Source: an uncultured Solirubrobacterales bacterium
GTDB lineage: Bacteria > Actinomycetota > Thermoleophilia > Solirubrobacterales > Solirubrobacteraceae
Assembly: GCA_963764905.1 (NCBI GenBank)
Contig: CAVXUG010000006.1
Span: forward strand, 191,589 to 255,588
DNA: 64,000 nucleotides
Reading direction: 5' to 3'
In this document: piece after piece, positions 10,510-19,522 of the stretch
How positions within the stretch are numbered: the first letter of the stretch is position 1
Layout of the letters: every line of letters starts with the position of its first letter
Made by a program: the position numbers and the translations under genes
Notes under the pieces: generated by a model
What the model was told of the DNA's origin: nothing
Seen by the model: the letters and a program-made list of their open reading frames with translations, nothing else
Database searches by the model: none

Positions 10510-11165
10510 CCGCCGCCCCGCCTGACGAGCGGTCCCTGCCGGGTTTCAACATCCGAACCATCGGTCCAGAACCTTCCGGGGCCACGCCGCTCGAGGAAGA
10601 GGACCTCGAGGGCCTCATCCCAGACTTCGTGGCCACCCGCGCCGACCTCAATCAGGTTGAGTTCGAGAACATCACCAAGGCGCTGCCATGGACGCAAAGG
10701 CAAGCGCGTTCCCTCGGAGCGGAAGGCATACTCGACTACGGATTCATGTTGGCGCTCCACCGCCGTATGTTCGGCGACGTATGGACCTGGGCGGGAACAC
10801 AGCGGTGGCGCGTCACCAACGTCGGGGTAGAGCCTCACCTGATCGCTACCCAGTCGCGGCTGTTGCTTGACGACGCCAAGTTCTGGCACGCCCAAGGAGT
10901 ATTCGGCCCCGACGACCTGGCGGCTCGGATCCATTGCCGCCTGGTGAGCGTCCATCCCTTCCGGAACGGAAACGGTCGCTGCACCCGGATGATGGCCGAC
11001 CTGTACCTCGTCTCGATCGGAGTCGAGCCATTCACCTGGGGCGGCGCAAGCCTCGATGTCGATAGGTCGGGTCGAGCAACGTACATATCAGCGCTGATCA
11101 AGGCTGCCAACACCGACGACTACGTTGACCTCACCCGGTTCGCTCGCGGCCAGCCCGCCAGCTGA
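10506..11165 (+). CDS. Mobile mystery protein B (Fic/DOC family)
   Basis: GATPL..EDLEGLIP, LHRRMFGDVWTWAG, Fic motif HPFRNGNGRCTR. Confidence 0.88.
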   Translation: MTAAPPDERSLPGFNIRTIGPEPSGATPLEEEDLEGLIPDFVATRADLNQVEFENITKALPWTQRQARSLGAEGILDYGFMLALHRRMFGDVWTWAGTQRWRVTNVGVEPHLIATQSRLLLDDAKFWHAQGVFGPDDLAARIHCRLVSVHPFRNGNGRCTRMMADLYLVSIGVEPFTWGGASLDVDRSGRATYISALIKAANTDDYVDLTRFARGQPAS

Positions 11166-11209
11166 CACGGTTCATCCAGGCCGGGCTATACCGATCAGCA
11201 TTATCCCAT

Positions 11210-12701
11210 CTCGACTTTCGGAGCCTACGCGGCGGCCGCGTCGCGTGGTAGCGCGGGGCGATTGATTTTCGCCGCTGTGCGCCCCCGCCCCGCACCTGCC
11301 TGAAATTCCGCTCGTATCAGCTCGCGCCGCAGCGAGGCGAGGATGTCGAGCATCGATGGGTCTCGCTTCATCGGGTACCAGGGTGCGTTGAGGCGGCGGC
11401 GGCGGACGTCGGCGACGGGGTCGCCGTAGAGCGCGTACCAGGCAATGGCGATGCTCTGAGAGAGGAACCCAAACGGCACCGTGCGCTCGACCGCTCGCTT
11501 GACGCGGTTGCGGGCCTGCCCGACCCCGACGAGGTGCTTTGCGTCCTGGAAGGCGACCTCGATCGACCAGCGATCGGCGTAGCGGGCAATGATCGTCGAG
11601 GCGTCGGCCTGCACGTCGGTTGAGATCAGTGCGATCTGGTAGCCGTCGGTGTCGGCGAGCTCGCGGACGATCACGATCTGCATGGTCCTGGGGCCGAACA
11701 CCGAGTACCAAAGGCCGCCCACGATCAGGGCGTTGACCTCGCCGCGGCCGGCAACGTTGATCTGCTGCCACTCGCTGTCATTGGCTGCGGCGGCGATCTC
11801 TGCGGGGTTGCCGAGCCTCGCCCCCGTGACCCTGGGGCGACCGCGCCTGCCGGTCGGTGGAGGCTTCGGGGCGCAGATCACGGCGTTGGCGCGTAGCCTC
11901 GAGGTCAAGGTGACGCGTTCGGGCAGCGCGGCCATCGCCTTGCACGCGAAGGCCGAGTCGCCGACCACGTTGATCCGCCGGCTGGGATAGCGCTCTGCGA
12001 CCTTGGCGATCAGCGTCGCGGCCAGGTCCTGCTGGGAGGGCCGCCGCTTGGGCTCTGGCTGGGCCTTGGTTGCCTTCGGGGTCGGCAGCCACAGGCGAAA
12101 GAGCACCGGCAAGCACCACGCGCGCTCACCCAACGCCGGGATCCTGAGGACGAGGCCGACCACGACGAAGCAGTTACCGAACTTGAAGCCACCACCCGGG
12201 GCGGCGGAGGAGTCGTGATGCCAGACGGCCCCGTGAACCTTCGGTCCCGAGCGGCCAAAGACGCTGCCGTCAACAGCCAGGCAGATCGGGGTATCGGGGG
12301 CGACGAAGCGCTCCAGCAGGAAGTCGAGCACGAGCAGCCCGAGCCGATCCGTCAACCAGCCGGCACGAGCGAAGAAGTCATGCGCACGGGAATGGTGAAA
12401 ACGTCCGGCGAGACGGGCGGCCTGCCACATGCCGCAGACCGTGTGCTCGCCGACACGGCCGATGAAGCCGGCGACCAGCGCCTCGAACGTCTCAAACGTC
12501 GGCGCCGTGAACGCCGGGCGCAGCAGGGACAGGATCACAGTCAGCGAAAATGGCAGAACGGGCATCGGCGGTGGACCTCCTCCACAGGACTACAGAACAC
12601 CCCGTGGATTCGGGAAGCCGCCGATGCCCCCTTCACACGCTCACGCCATCGCCGCCCGCTTCGAATCTCCTGCAAACACCCCGGAGATTACGAAAGTCGA
12701 G
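11210..12701 (-). mobile_element. Complete insertion sequence (IS701-like DDE), 1492 bp
   Basis: TIRs CTCGACTTTCG (11210-11220) and CGAAAGTCGAG (12691-12701); TSD TCCCAT at 11204-11209 and 12702-12707. Confidence 0.9.
11225..12565 (-). CDS. DDE transposase (IS701/IS4-like)
   Basis: LAVDGS, VVGDSAF, YADRWSIEVAFQDAK; intact 446 aa between the TIRs. Confidence 0.9.
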   Translation of the reverse strand: MPVLPFSLTVILSLLRPAFTAPTFETFEALVAGFIGRVGEHTVCGMWQAARLAGRFHHSRAHDFFARAGWLTDRLGLLVLDFLLERFVAPDTPICLAVDGSVFGRSGPKVHGAVWHHDSSAAPGGGFKFGNCFVVVGLVLRIPALGERAWCLPVLFRLWLPTPKATKAQPEPKRRPSQQDLAATLIAKVAERYPSRRINVVGDSAFACKAMAALPERVTLTSRLRANAVICAPKPPPTGRRGRPRVTGARLGNPAEIAAAANDSEWQQINVAGRGEVNALIVGGLWYSVFGPRTMQIVIVRELADTDGYQIALISTDVQADASTIIARYADRWSIEVAFQDAKHLVGVGQARNRVKRAVERTVPFGFLSQSIAIAWYALYGDPVADVRRRRLNAPWYPMKRDPSMLDILASLRRELIRAEFQAGAGRGRTAAKINRPALPRDAAAA

Positions 12702-12709
12702 TCCCATCC

Positions 12710-12760
12710 AGGATGATGCTAATTAGCATCATCCTAATCAGCATCATGCCAATCAGCAGA
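12710..12760. repeat. 26-bp perfect palindrome within a degenerate 15-bp tandem repeat
   Basis: AGGATGATGCTAATTAGCATCATCCT (12710-12735); units AATTAGCATCATCCT / AATCAGCATCATGCC / AATCAGCAGA. Confidence 0.75.
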
Positions 12761-12763
12761 GAC

Positions 12764-13480
12764 TCAACCGAACGTACTCGCCGGAGCGCTCGCTTCAAGC
12801 TTTGCGCCCGCTGAGGATCCGACGAGGAACGCCTGGAACGGGACCGCGGCGCCGGGCGAGACTTCGGGCAGGATCGCCCGGCCGGCCGCGACGACGCGCC
12901 CGGCGCGACGCGCCACGACGTAGACGACGAGCGCCTGCTGGGTGACGGTGGAGCGGTTGCGCACGGCGCCCACGGCGGTTGCGCTGCCGCTTTCTTCGCT
13001 CGGATGCACGCCTGTGACCTCGATCTGGGGAATCGCCCCGATCGCGGCCGGCGAAACGCCCGCGATCGCGGTGACGCTCGCCGGGTCGCCGGTGGCCGGC
13101 ACCTGATCGTCGACCCAACTCGCCACGCCGTGCGCCGGGAGCGAGCCGAGCGAGGTGAGCGCCGCTTCGAGGCCGGGGGCGTTGTTCTGGAAGACCGTGC
13201 TTCCCCTGGCGTCCTTGACCGCGATCGCGATCGGCACGTCTCGCAGCACGTGGGCAGAGTCGTTGCGCAGCGTCACGACCGCGGCGGCCCCTTCGGCGCC
13301 GTGCACGAGGACTGCGCCGAGCACGTGCACGTCGGCGCTCTGCCTGGTTATCGACAGGCCCCGTTCGGCCAGGCGCGCGTGGTGGGCCGCCTTTTCGAGC
13401 TGGGCGCTCTTTTCCTCAGTCGTCTCGCAGCCGCTGAGCGCGAGTAGCGCCAGCAGCGCCACGGCGGCTGTGGCTCTCAC
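12764..13480 (-). CDS. Hypothetical lipoprotein with two beta-rich (FxLYD-like) domains
   Basis: GTG overlaps the pstB2 stop; lipobox LALSGC; VVTLRNDS...AVKDARG and VGAVRNRS...VARRAG. Confidence 0.65.
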   Translation of the reverse strand: MRATAAVALLALLALSGCETTEEKSAQLEKAAHHARLAERGLSITRQSADVHVLGAVLVHGAEGAAAVVTLRNDSAHVLRDVPIAIAVKDARGSTVFQNNAPGLEAALTSLGSLPAHGVASWVDDQVPATGDPASVTAIAGVSPAAIGAIPQIEVTGVHPSEESGSATAVGAVRNRSTVTQQALVVYVVARRAGRVVAAGRAILPEVSPGAAVPFQAFLVGSSAGAKLEASAPASTFG

Positions 13481-14439
13481 CCGAACGCCCCGCCGATGTA
13501 CTCGCGCGTGCGCTGTTGGGTCGGTCGCTCGAACACCTGCTCGCTCGTCCCGTACTCGACCAGCTCGCCGAGGTGCATGAACGCGACGTGGTCGGCCACG
13601 CGCATCGCCTGCTGCAGGTTGTGCGTGACGATCACGATCGCCACGCTCTCTCGCAACCCGACGATCAGCTGCTCGATCGTCGCCGTGGAGATCGGGTCGA
13701 GCGCCGAGCACGGCTCGTCCAGCAGCAGCACCTCGGGCCCGGCGGCCAGCGCGCGCGCGATGCACAGCCGCTGCTGCTGGCCCCCGGACAGGCGCAGCGC
13801 CGGCCGGTCCAGGTCGTCGGCGACCTCGTCGTACAGCCCCGCGCGGCGCACCGCGTCGATCACGGCCGGCTCGAGCGCACGGCGTCCCCGGCGCCCGCGC
13901 CGGCGGCGGTCGCGGCGCGTCGCGTGCTCCTCGCGCAGGGCGTAGGCGACGTTCTCGAAGATGCTCATCGGGAACGGGTTCGGCTGCTGAAAGACCATCG
14001 ACACGCGCCGGCGCAGATCGTTGACCTCGATCCGCTCGATCTCCTCGCCGTCGAGCGTCACGCGTCCCGCGCGCGAGGCGCCCGCGGTGATCTCCGTCAG
14101 CCGGTTGAGTGAGCGCAGCAGCGTCGTCTTGCCCGAGCCGCTGGCGCCGATCAACGCCAGCACCTCGCCCTGGCGCACGGGCAGGCTCACGTCGCGTACC
14201 ACCCACTTCTCGCCGTAGGCCAGCGACACCGCTTCGATCCTCATCCGCTCGATCGCCTGCTCTGCCGGCGCGCGCCTGCGCCGATTGCGCGCCGCGGCGC
14301 CGATCGTCGGGCTGATTGGGGAGCCCGCCGCCCCGCCTGTTGCGCCGCGAGCCGGCAGCTCGTGCGCGGGCGGGTCGATCAGCGTCGGCTCGCCGCCCAA
14401 CAGGATTCGCCTCGCCGGCGGAGGTGTCAGCTGGGTCAT
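13477..14439 (-). CDS. pstB: Phosphate ABC transporter ATPase, copy 2
   Basis: [57 protein letters not shown]. Confidence 0.93.
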   Translation of the reverse strand: MTQLTPPPARRILLGGEPTLIDPPAHELPARGATGGAAGSPISPTIGAAARNRRRRAPAEQAIERMRIEAVSLAYGEKWVVRDVSLPVRQGEVLALIGASGSGKTTLLRSLNRLTEITAGASRAGRVTLDGEEIERIEVNDLRRRVSMVFQQPNPFPMSIFENVAYALREEHATRRDRRRRGRRGRRALEPAVIDAVRRAGLYDEVADDLDRPALRLSGGQQQRLCIARALAAGPEVLLLDEPCSALDPISTATIEQLIVGLRESVAIVIVTHNLQQAMRVADHVAFMHLGELVEYGTSEQVFERPTQQRTREYIGGAFG

Positions 14440-14491
14440 GCCATCCCGCCCGTGCGGTACATCGTGCTGTTGTTCCCCGCGCGTGGAAGGG

Positions 14492-15475
14492 TCATCGCGT
14501 CCCACCCGTGTGGTCCTGCCCGCCGCTCAGGCGCGTGACGATTGCGTTCAGCGCGATCACCACCACCAGCAGCACGAACGCCGCCGCGTAGGCCTTCTGC
14601 GGCGCGTTGCCTTCACCCGCAGGCGAGTTTTCTTTGATGTAGCTCGTCAGCGTCGACCCGGTTCCGCGCAGGATCGACAGCACCGGCGCCCCGCCCGCGC
14701 CTTCCAAGCGCAGCGACGCGCCCAGCAGGATCACGACGATCGCGGTGTCGCCGATGATCCGGCCCATCCCCAGCGTGATCCCGCTCGCGATGTTCTCGCG
14801 CACCGACGGCAGCAGCACGCGCCTGATCGTCGTCGCCTTCGTCTTGCCCAGTGCGTAAGAGGCCTCGCGCACGTGCGCCGGGACCTGCGCCAGCCCCTCG
14901 CGCGTGGCCCCCACGATCAGGGGGATCGCGAGCAGCGACATGATCAGCCCCGCGCTGAAGAACGAGCGCCCGAACACCGCGCCCCCGGCCGAGGTCTGCG
15001 ACAGGAACGCCAGGAAGCGCTGCGAAAACACGAGCAGGCCAAAGATCGCCAGCACGACGCTGGGGGTGCCCGCGATCGTCTCGACCCCCGACTCGACCGC
15101 CCGCGCCAGGAATTCACGTCCCCGCCCGCCCTGCGCGTACTCGCTCAGCCACACCGCCACCGCCACGCCGAGCGGCGCCGCGACCGCGATGCCGACCGCG
15201 GTCAGCAAAAACGTGCCCTCGATCGGGTCCAAGAAGCCGCCCGAGGAGCTCTGGTTGGGCGACCCCACCGGCGACTGCACGAGCAGGCTCGGTTTCAAAT
15301 AGGAGATGCCCTTGATCCCCATGTACAGCACGATCCCGCCGGCGATCGCGCACAGCGCGATCCCCGCGGCCCAGCACAGCCCGAAGGCGATCCGGTCGCT
15401 CAGCGGCCACGATCCGATCGAGTCGCGCGGGCTGCTCCTGCGCTTCTCCTGGGGGGCTGTGGCAACCGCGCTCAT
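14492..15475 (-). CDS. pstA: Phosphate ABC permease PstA, copy 2
   Basis: GGFLDPIEGT, AGTPSVVLAIFG, REASYALG, GRIIGDTA; ATG overlaps the pstC2 stop. Confidence 0.88.
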   Translation of the reverse strand: MSAVATAPQEKRRSSPRDSIGSWPLSDRIAFGLCWAAGIALCAIAGGIVLYMGIKGISYLKPSLLVQSPVGSPNQSSSGGFLDPIEGTFLLTAVGIAVAAPLGVAVAVWLSEYAQGGRGREFLARAVESGVETIAGTPSVVLAIFGLLVFSQRFLAFLSQTSAGGAVFGRSFFSAGLIMSLLAIPLIVGATREGLAQVPAHVREASYALGKTKATTIRRVLLPSVRENIASGITLGMGRIIGDTAIVVILLGASLRLEGAGGAPVLSILRGTGSTLTSYIKENSPAGEGNAPQKAYAAAFVLLVVVIALNAIVTRLSGGQDHTGGTR

Positions 15476-16458
15476 GCCCTGATGCCGTACTTCTTCAAAG
15501 ACTGCTTCGTCGCCCAGCCGGCGAGCGAGAGCAGGGCGCTGGACACGAGCAGCACCGCCGCCAGCGCGTACAGCGTCTGCGCCAGCGGCTTGACCGAGAG
15601 CCCGTCGATGTAGGCGATGATCGTCGCCGCCAGGGGGCGCACCGGCTCGAACAGGAACGTCGTCCCGTCGAGCGGGTTGGCCGCGAACCCGCGCGAGCCC
15701 GAGACCATCGACAGCATGATCGCCTCGCCCAGCGCGCGCGCCGTCGCCAGCACCGCCCCCGCGACGATCGCCGGGCGGGCGGTCCGCAGCGACACGCGCC
15801 ACGTCGTCCGCCAGCGGTTGACCCCCAGCGCGGCCGAGCCCTCCGTCCACGTGCGCGGCACCGCGGCCAGCGAACGCGAGCTGATCGCCACCATGATCGG
15901 CGTGATCATCACCGTCAGGATCAGCGTCGCCACCCCCAGGTTCGCTCCGGTCAGCTGCACGACCTGCTGCACCGAGTGCTTGCGCTGCTCGGAGATCAGG
16001 TTGCGTTCGACCCACGGGGCGATCGCCAGGATGCCGATCAGCCCGTACACGACCGAGGGCACCGCCGCGAGCAGACGCACGACCGGGTCGAGCACTCTCT
16101 GGAGGGCCCGCGGCGCGAACTCGACGATGAACACCGCCGCGAACGTCGAGAACACGAGGCCGATCAAGACCGCCAACCCGGTCGTCAACAGCGTGCCCCA
16201 GATCAGCGGCCACGCCCTGAAGTAGTAGATCGAGTGTCCGGCCAGCGGCGTGTTCTGCACCATCGCCTTCAACTGCACGTCGGCGTCGCCGCCGGAGCCG
16301 AACCAGCTGAGTCCATTGTGCGCGAACGACGGCCACGCTTCCACGAACACCGTTCCCACCATCAGCGCGATCAGCGCGAGCACGCCCACCGCCACCGCCC
16401 CGAGCGCAAGCTCGGCGCGCCTGTCCCTGTCCCGCGCTCCGGACGACCGCCTACTCAT
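15472..16458 (-). CDS. pstC: Phosphate ABC permease PstC, copy 2
   Basis: PLIWGTL, LAAVPSVVYGLIG, EGSAALGVNRW, ARALGEAI. Confidence 0.88.
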   Translation of the reverse strand: MSRRSSGARDRDRRAELALGAVAVGVLALIALMVGTVFVEAWPSFAHNGLSWFGSGGDADVQLKAMVQNTPLAGHSIYYFRAWPLIWGTLLTTGLAVLIGLVFSTFAAVFIVEFAPRALQRVLDPVVRLLAAVPSVVYGLIGILAIAPWVERNLISEQRKHSVQQVVQLTGANLGVATLILTVMITPIMVAISSRSLAAVPRTWTEGSAALGVNRWRTTWRVSLRTARPAIVAGAVLATARALGEAIMLSMVSGSRGFAANPLDGTTFLFEPVRPLAATIIAYIDGLSVKPLAQTLYALAAVLLVSSALLSLAGWATKQSLKKYGIRA

Positions 16459-16529
16459 TACCGCTCACGACCTGTTCCGGTTGTGTGGTGTGCGGTTCGT
16501 CGGGTTGTAAGACCTTGAGTCCTCAGGTC

Positions 16530-17348
16530 CTAGTGGATCGGAATCCAGTCGGTGCCGATGATCTTTTTCGTGATCTTGTTGCCGCTTGTGATCCAGTCGA
16601 TGAACTTGGCCGACGCGCCTTTCGGGGCGCCCTTGGTCACCATCCAGAAGTTACGCACGCCCTGGTACTGCCCCGACTTGGCGTTCGCCAGCGTGCAGGG
16701 GATGCCCTGGTAGCCGACCGCGTTGGTCCCCGGGGTGAAGTCGAACGACACGAAGCCGATCGCGTTCGGGTCGGTGCGGATCTTGTTCTGCACGAGGCCG
16801 TTGCTTTCCTCGGCCTCCGCGCTCGGCGAGATCTTCAGCGTTTCGCCGAGGAAGATGTTCTGGAAGGCGTCCTGCGTACCGGAGGAGGCGACGCGGTCGA
16901 CGAGGTCGATCGAGCCGGAGATCTTCGCGCCCGGCACTTCGCTCCATTCGCGCACGTTGCCGGTGAAGATCGCCTTGACCTCTTCCTGGCTGAGGTTCGC
17001 GAGCGGGTTTTTCGGGTTGGTGATGATGCACACCCCGTCGCGCGCGATCTTCGTGAACACGAGCCCAGTGGGGTCGACGCCGATGATCGGGTCGCGCGAG
17101 ACGTCGCCGATGTCGACTTTGCCGTCGTTGACTTCGTCGATGCCCGCGTCGGATGTCCCCTGCTCGACCTTCGGCGTCGGCTGGCCGGTCGCCTTGTGGT
17201 AGGCGGCGGCTAGCTGGATCATCAGCGGGTAGATCGACGTGGAGCCGCTCAGCAGCAGCGCGCTGGCGCCGGCGGTCGCGGGTACGGCCAGTACGAGTGT
17301 GGCGATCAGCGAGACGATGACGGTGCGGGTGCGGGTTCCTCGGCGCAC
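16530..17348 (-). CDS. pstS: Phosphate-binding protein PstS, copy 2 (short type, no lipobox)
   Basis: SGSTSIYP, GTSDAGI, DIGDVSRD, RVASSGTQDAF, AIGFVSF. Confidence 0.88.
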   Translation of the reverse strand: MRRGTRTRTVIVSLIATLVLAVPATAGASALLLSGSTSIYPLMIQLAAAYHKATGQPTPKVEQGTSDAGIDEVNDGKVDIGDVSRDPIIGVDPTGLVFTKIARDGVCIITNPKNPLANLSQEEVKAIFTGNVREWSEVPGAKISGSIDLVDRVASSGTQDAFQNIFLGETLKISPSAEAEESNGLVQNKIRTDPNAIGFVSFDFTPGTNAVGYQGIPCTLANAKSGQYQGVRNFWMVTKGAPKGASAKFIDWITSGNKITKKIIGTDWIPIH

Positions 17349-17404
17349 GGGGGAAGCTCCTTTTCGACGGGGTCTATGCGCCAGTCTCGGAGCCAGGCCG
17401 CCCG

Positions 17405-17448
17405 CAAACGTGAACAGGATGTGTTCACTCTGAGAAGAACTGGTGAAC
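17405..17448 (-). promoter_or_regulatory. Four-unit PHO-box-like array facing pstS2
   Basis: Minus strand GTTCACCAGTT/CTTCTCAGAGT/GAACACATCCT/GTTCACGTTTG, 11-bp period. Confidence 0.6.
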
Positions 17449-17468
17449 GCGGGCGACTCGGGCCAAAA

Positions 17469-17490
17469 GTTCTCAAGTCGTTAACAGGTC
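17469..17490 (+). promoter_or_regulatory. PHO-box-like pair facing the secreted-protein cluster
   Basis: GTTCTCAAGTC-GTTAACAGGTC, 11-bp period, ~30 bp upstream of the first ORF. Confidence 0.55.
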
Positions 17491-17518
17491 GGCCTCGCGC
17501 GCGGATCAATCTGCCGGG

Positions 17519-19522
17519 GTGACTCCTACACATCGCGCACGCCGTATCCAGGGCTGTGCATGTGTTTGCCCCCGAACAACCGCCACCCTGCTGGCGCTCG
17601 TCTCGTTGCTCGCGGTGCTTGCCCACGCGCCCGCGGCGCACGCCCTGATCTCCCCGGTCTCAACGATCGACGGCCCCAGCTCGGAAATCGTCGAACTCGG
17701 CGGCGTCGCGATGGCCTCCGACGGCACCGGCGGGATCGTCTATCGCAAGCGCGTCGAAGGCCGCGCCCACATCTTCGCGGCGCTGTACTCCAACGGCAGT
17801 TGGGGCGCACCCCAGCGCGTCGACGTCGGTCAGCCGTTCGAATCCTCGTTCCCGGCGATCGCCGCAGGCGAAGGCGGGCGCCTCGTCGTCGTCTGGGTCA
17901 ACCATTACTCCTCGACGACCGACGGCCTGTTCTCGGCGGCGCTCGAGCCCGGCTCGAGCGGCTTTCAGCCGCCCGGTGCCGGTCGATCTCGACCTCGGCC
18001 AGGCGATCGGCACGTACCCCTCGGTGGCGATGGATCTATCCGGCCAGGCGCTCGTCGCCTACCGCGTCGATCACCGCCGTCAGCGGCCCGTCCACACCGG
18101 AAATCCCGCCGGGCTACGTGCTCGCGGAAGTCCGCATGGCCCGCTTCAACGGCGAGTACTGGTCCTCGTTCGGGCAGCCGATCAACCGCGACCCCGCCCA
18201 GCCGATGCTCGCGCCGACGGCCGCCAATTCTCCGAAGGTCGCGATCGACCTGACCGGCGAAGGCCTCGTCGCCTGGCAGGAGCCCGACGACTCGTTCGTC
18301 AACCGCATCTACGCGCGGCGCGATCTTCGGGATGGTCCCCGGCGACATCCTCCAGGTCAGCCCCTCCACGTACGAAGGGCACCCGCTCAACGGGGCCGCG
18401 GACGAGCTCGCGCTCGACTTCGCCGGCTTCGGCGAGGGCGCCGTCGCGTGGCGCCAGCAGCCCGCCCCCGGCTCGGGCTTCTCCCGCCCGCGCGTGTTCG
18501 TCAGCGAGATCCCCTCCTCGTTCGACCCCCACGGCGCGGCCTTCGCCGGCGCGCGGATCGTCGACGGCGGCGGCGCCGAAGGGCTCGCCGGGCCGATCGG
18601 CCCGCTGAGCATGGCGGTCGACGGCGAGGGCGAATTCGACGTCGGCTTCGGCTCGGGCGATGCGAGCTTCGACGCGCGCGGCACCGAAACGAGCGTCTCG
18701 GCGCCCGTGCGCCTCGACGAAGGCTCAAGCGAAGTCCCCGGCGAACCGGTGCTGACGCGCGCCGACGACGGCGCGCTCGCGGCCGCCTGGAAGGTCGAAG
18801 AGCACGGCGCGGGCGCGGTCGCGGTGCTCGAACGCCGCGCGGACGGCACCCCCAACCGCCAGCTCGTCTCCGCGCCCGGCGGCGGCGCCGTGCACCAGCT
18901 CGACCTCGGCGGCTCCCAGCACGGCGACGCGCTGATCGGCTTCCTGCAGGGCGACGGCGCGAACACGAAGATCGCCGCGGTCGTCGTGCGCGCCCCGCCG
19001 GGCGAGTTCGTGATCGACACGCCCGTCCAGCTGGGTCAACTCGACGCACATCCCGCTGCAGTGGGAAACCCCACTCGCGGGCGCCGGCAAGCTCACCTAC
19101 AGCGTGCTCGTCGACGACCGCGAAGTCGCCGAAAACATCACCGGCCACCGAAACCGTCCTCACGCCCGTCGGAGGTCTCGAACGGCGTGCACACGATCCA
19201 GGTCGAGGCGACCGACTCGCTCGGCCAGGTCGTCGACTCCGAGCCCGCGACGCTCAAAGTCGATCGCAAGCCCCCGCAGCGTGCGCGTGCGCGTGCACGG
19301 CGACGCCGTGACCGTGCGCGTCAGCGACGGCCCGAAGGGCGAAAGCTCGGGCGTGAACGACGGCTCGGTGAAGGTGCGCTTCGGCGACGGGCACTCCGCG
19401 CACGGCCGCGCGACAGCTCACGCATCGCTACGCCGCCGGCGGCTCCTACACGATCACGGTCACCGCCTCCGACAACGCCGGCAACAAGGTCAGCTTCCAC
19501 CGGCGGGTGCACGGTCTCATGA
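17519..19522 (+). CDS. Secreted repeat (propeller-like) protein with C-terminal Ig/PKD domains (frameshifted)
   Basis: Signal peptide LLALVSLLAVLAHAPAAHA; repeated P.VA.D..G..VAW units; C-terminal FGDG...H.Y..GGSYTITVTASDNAGN (PKD-like). Confidence 0.7.

Noticed and set aside
12710..12760. Possible CRISPR array
   Set aside because: 15-bp degenerate units with no unique spacers and no cas genes.
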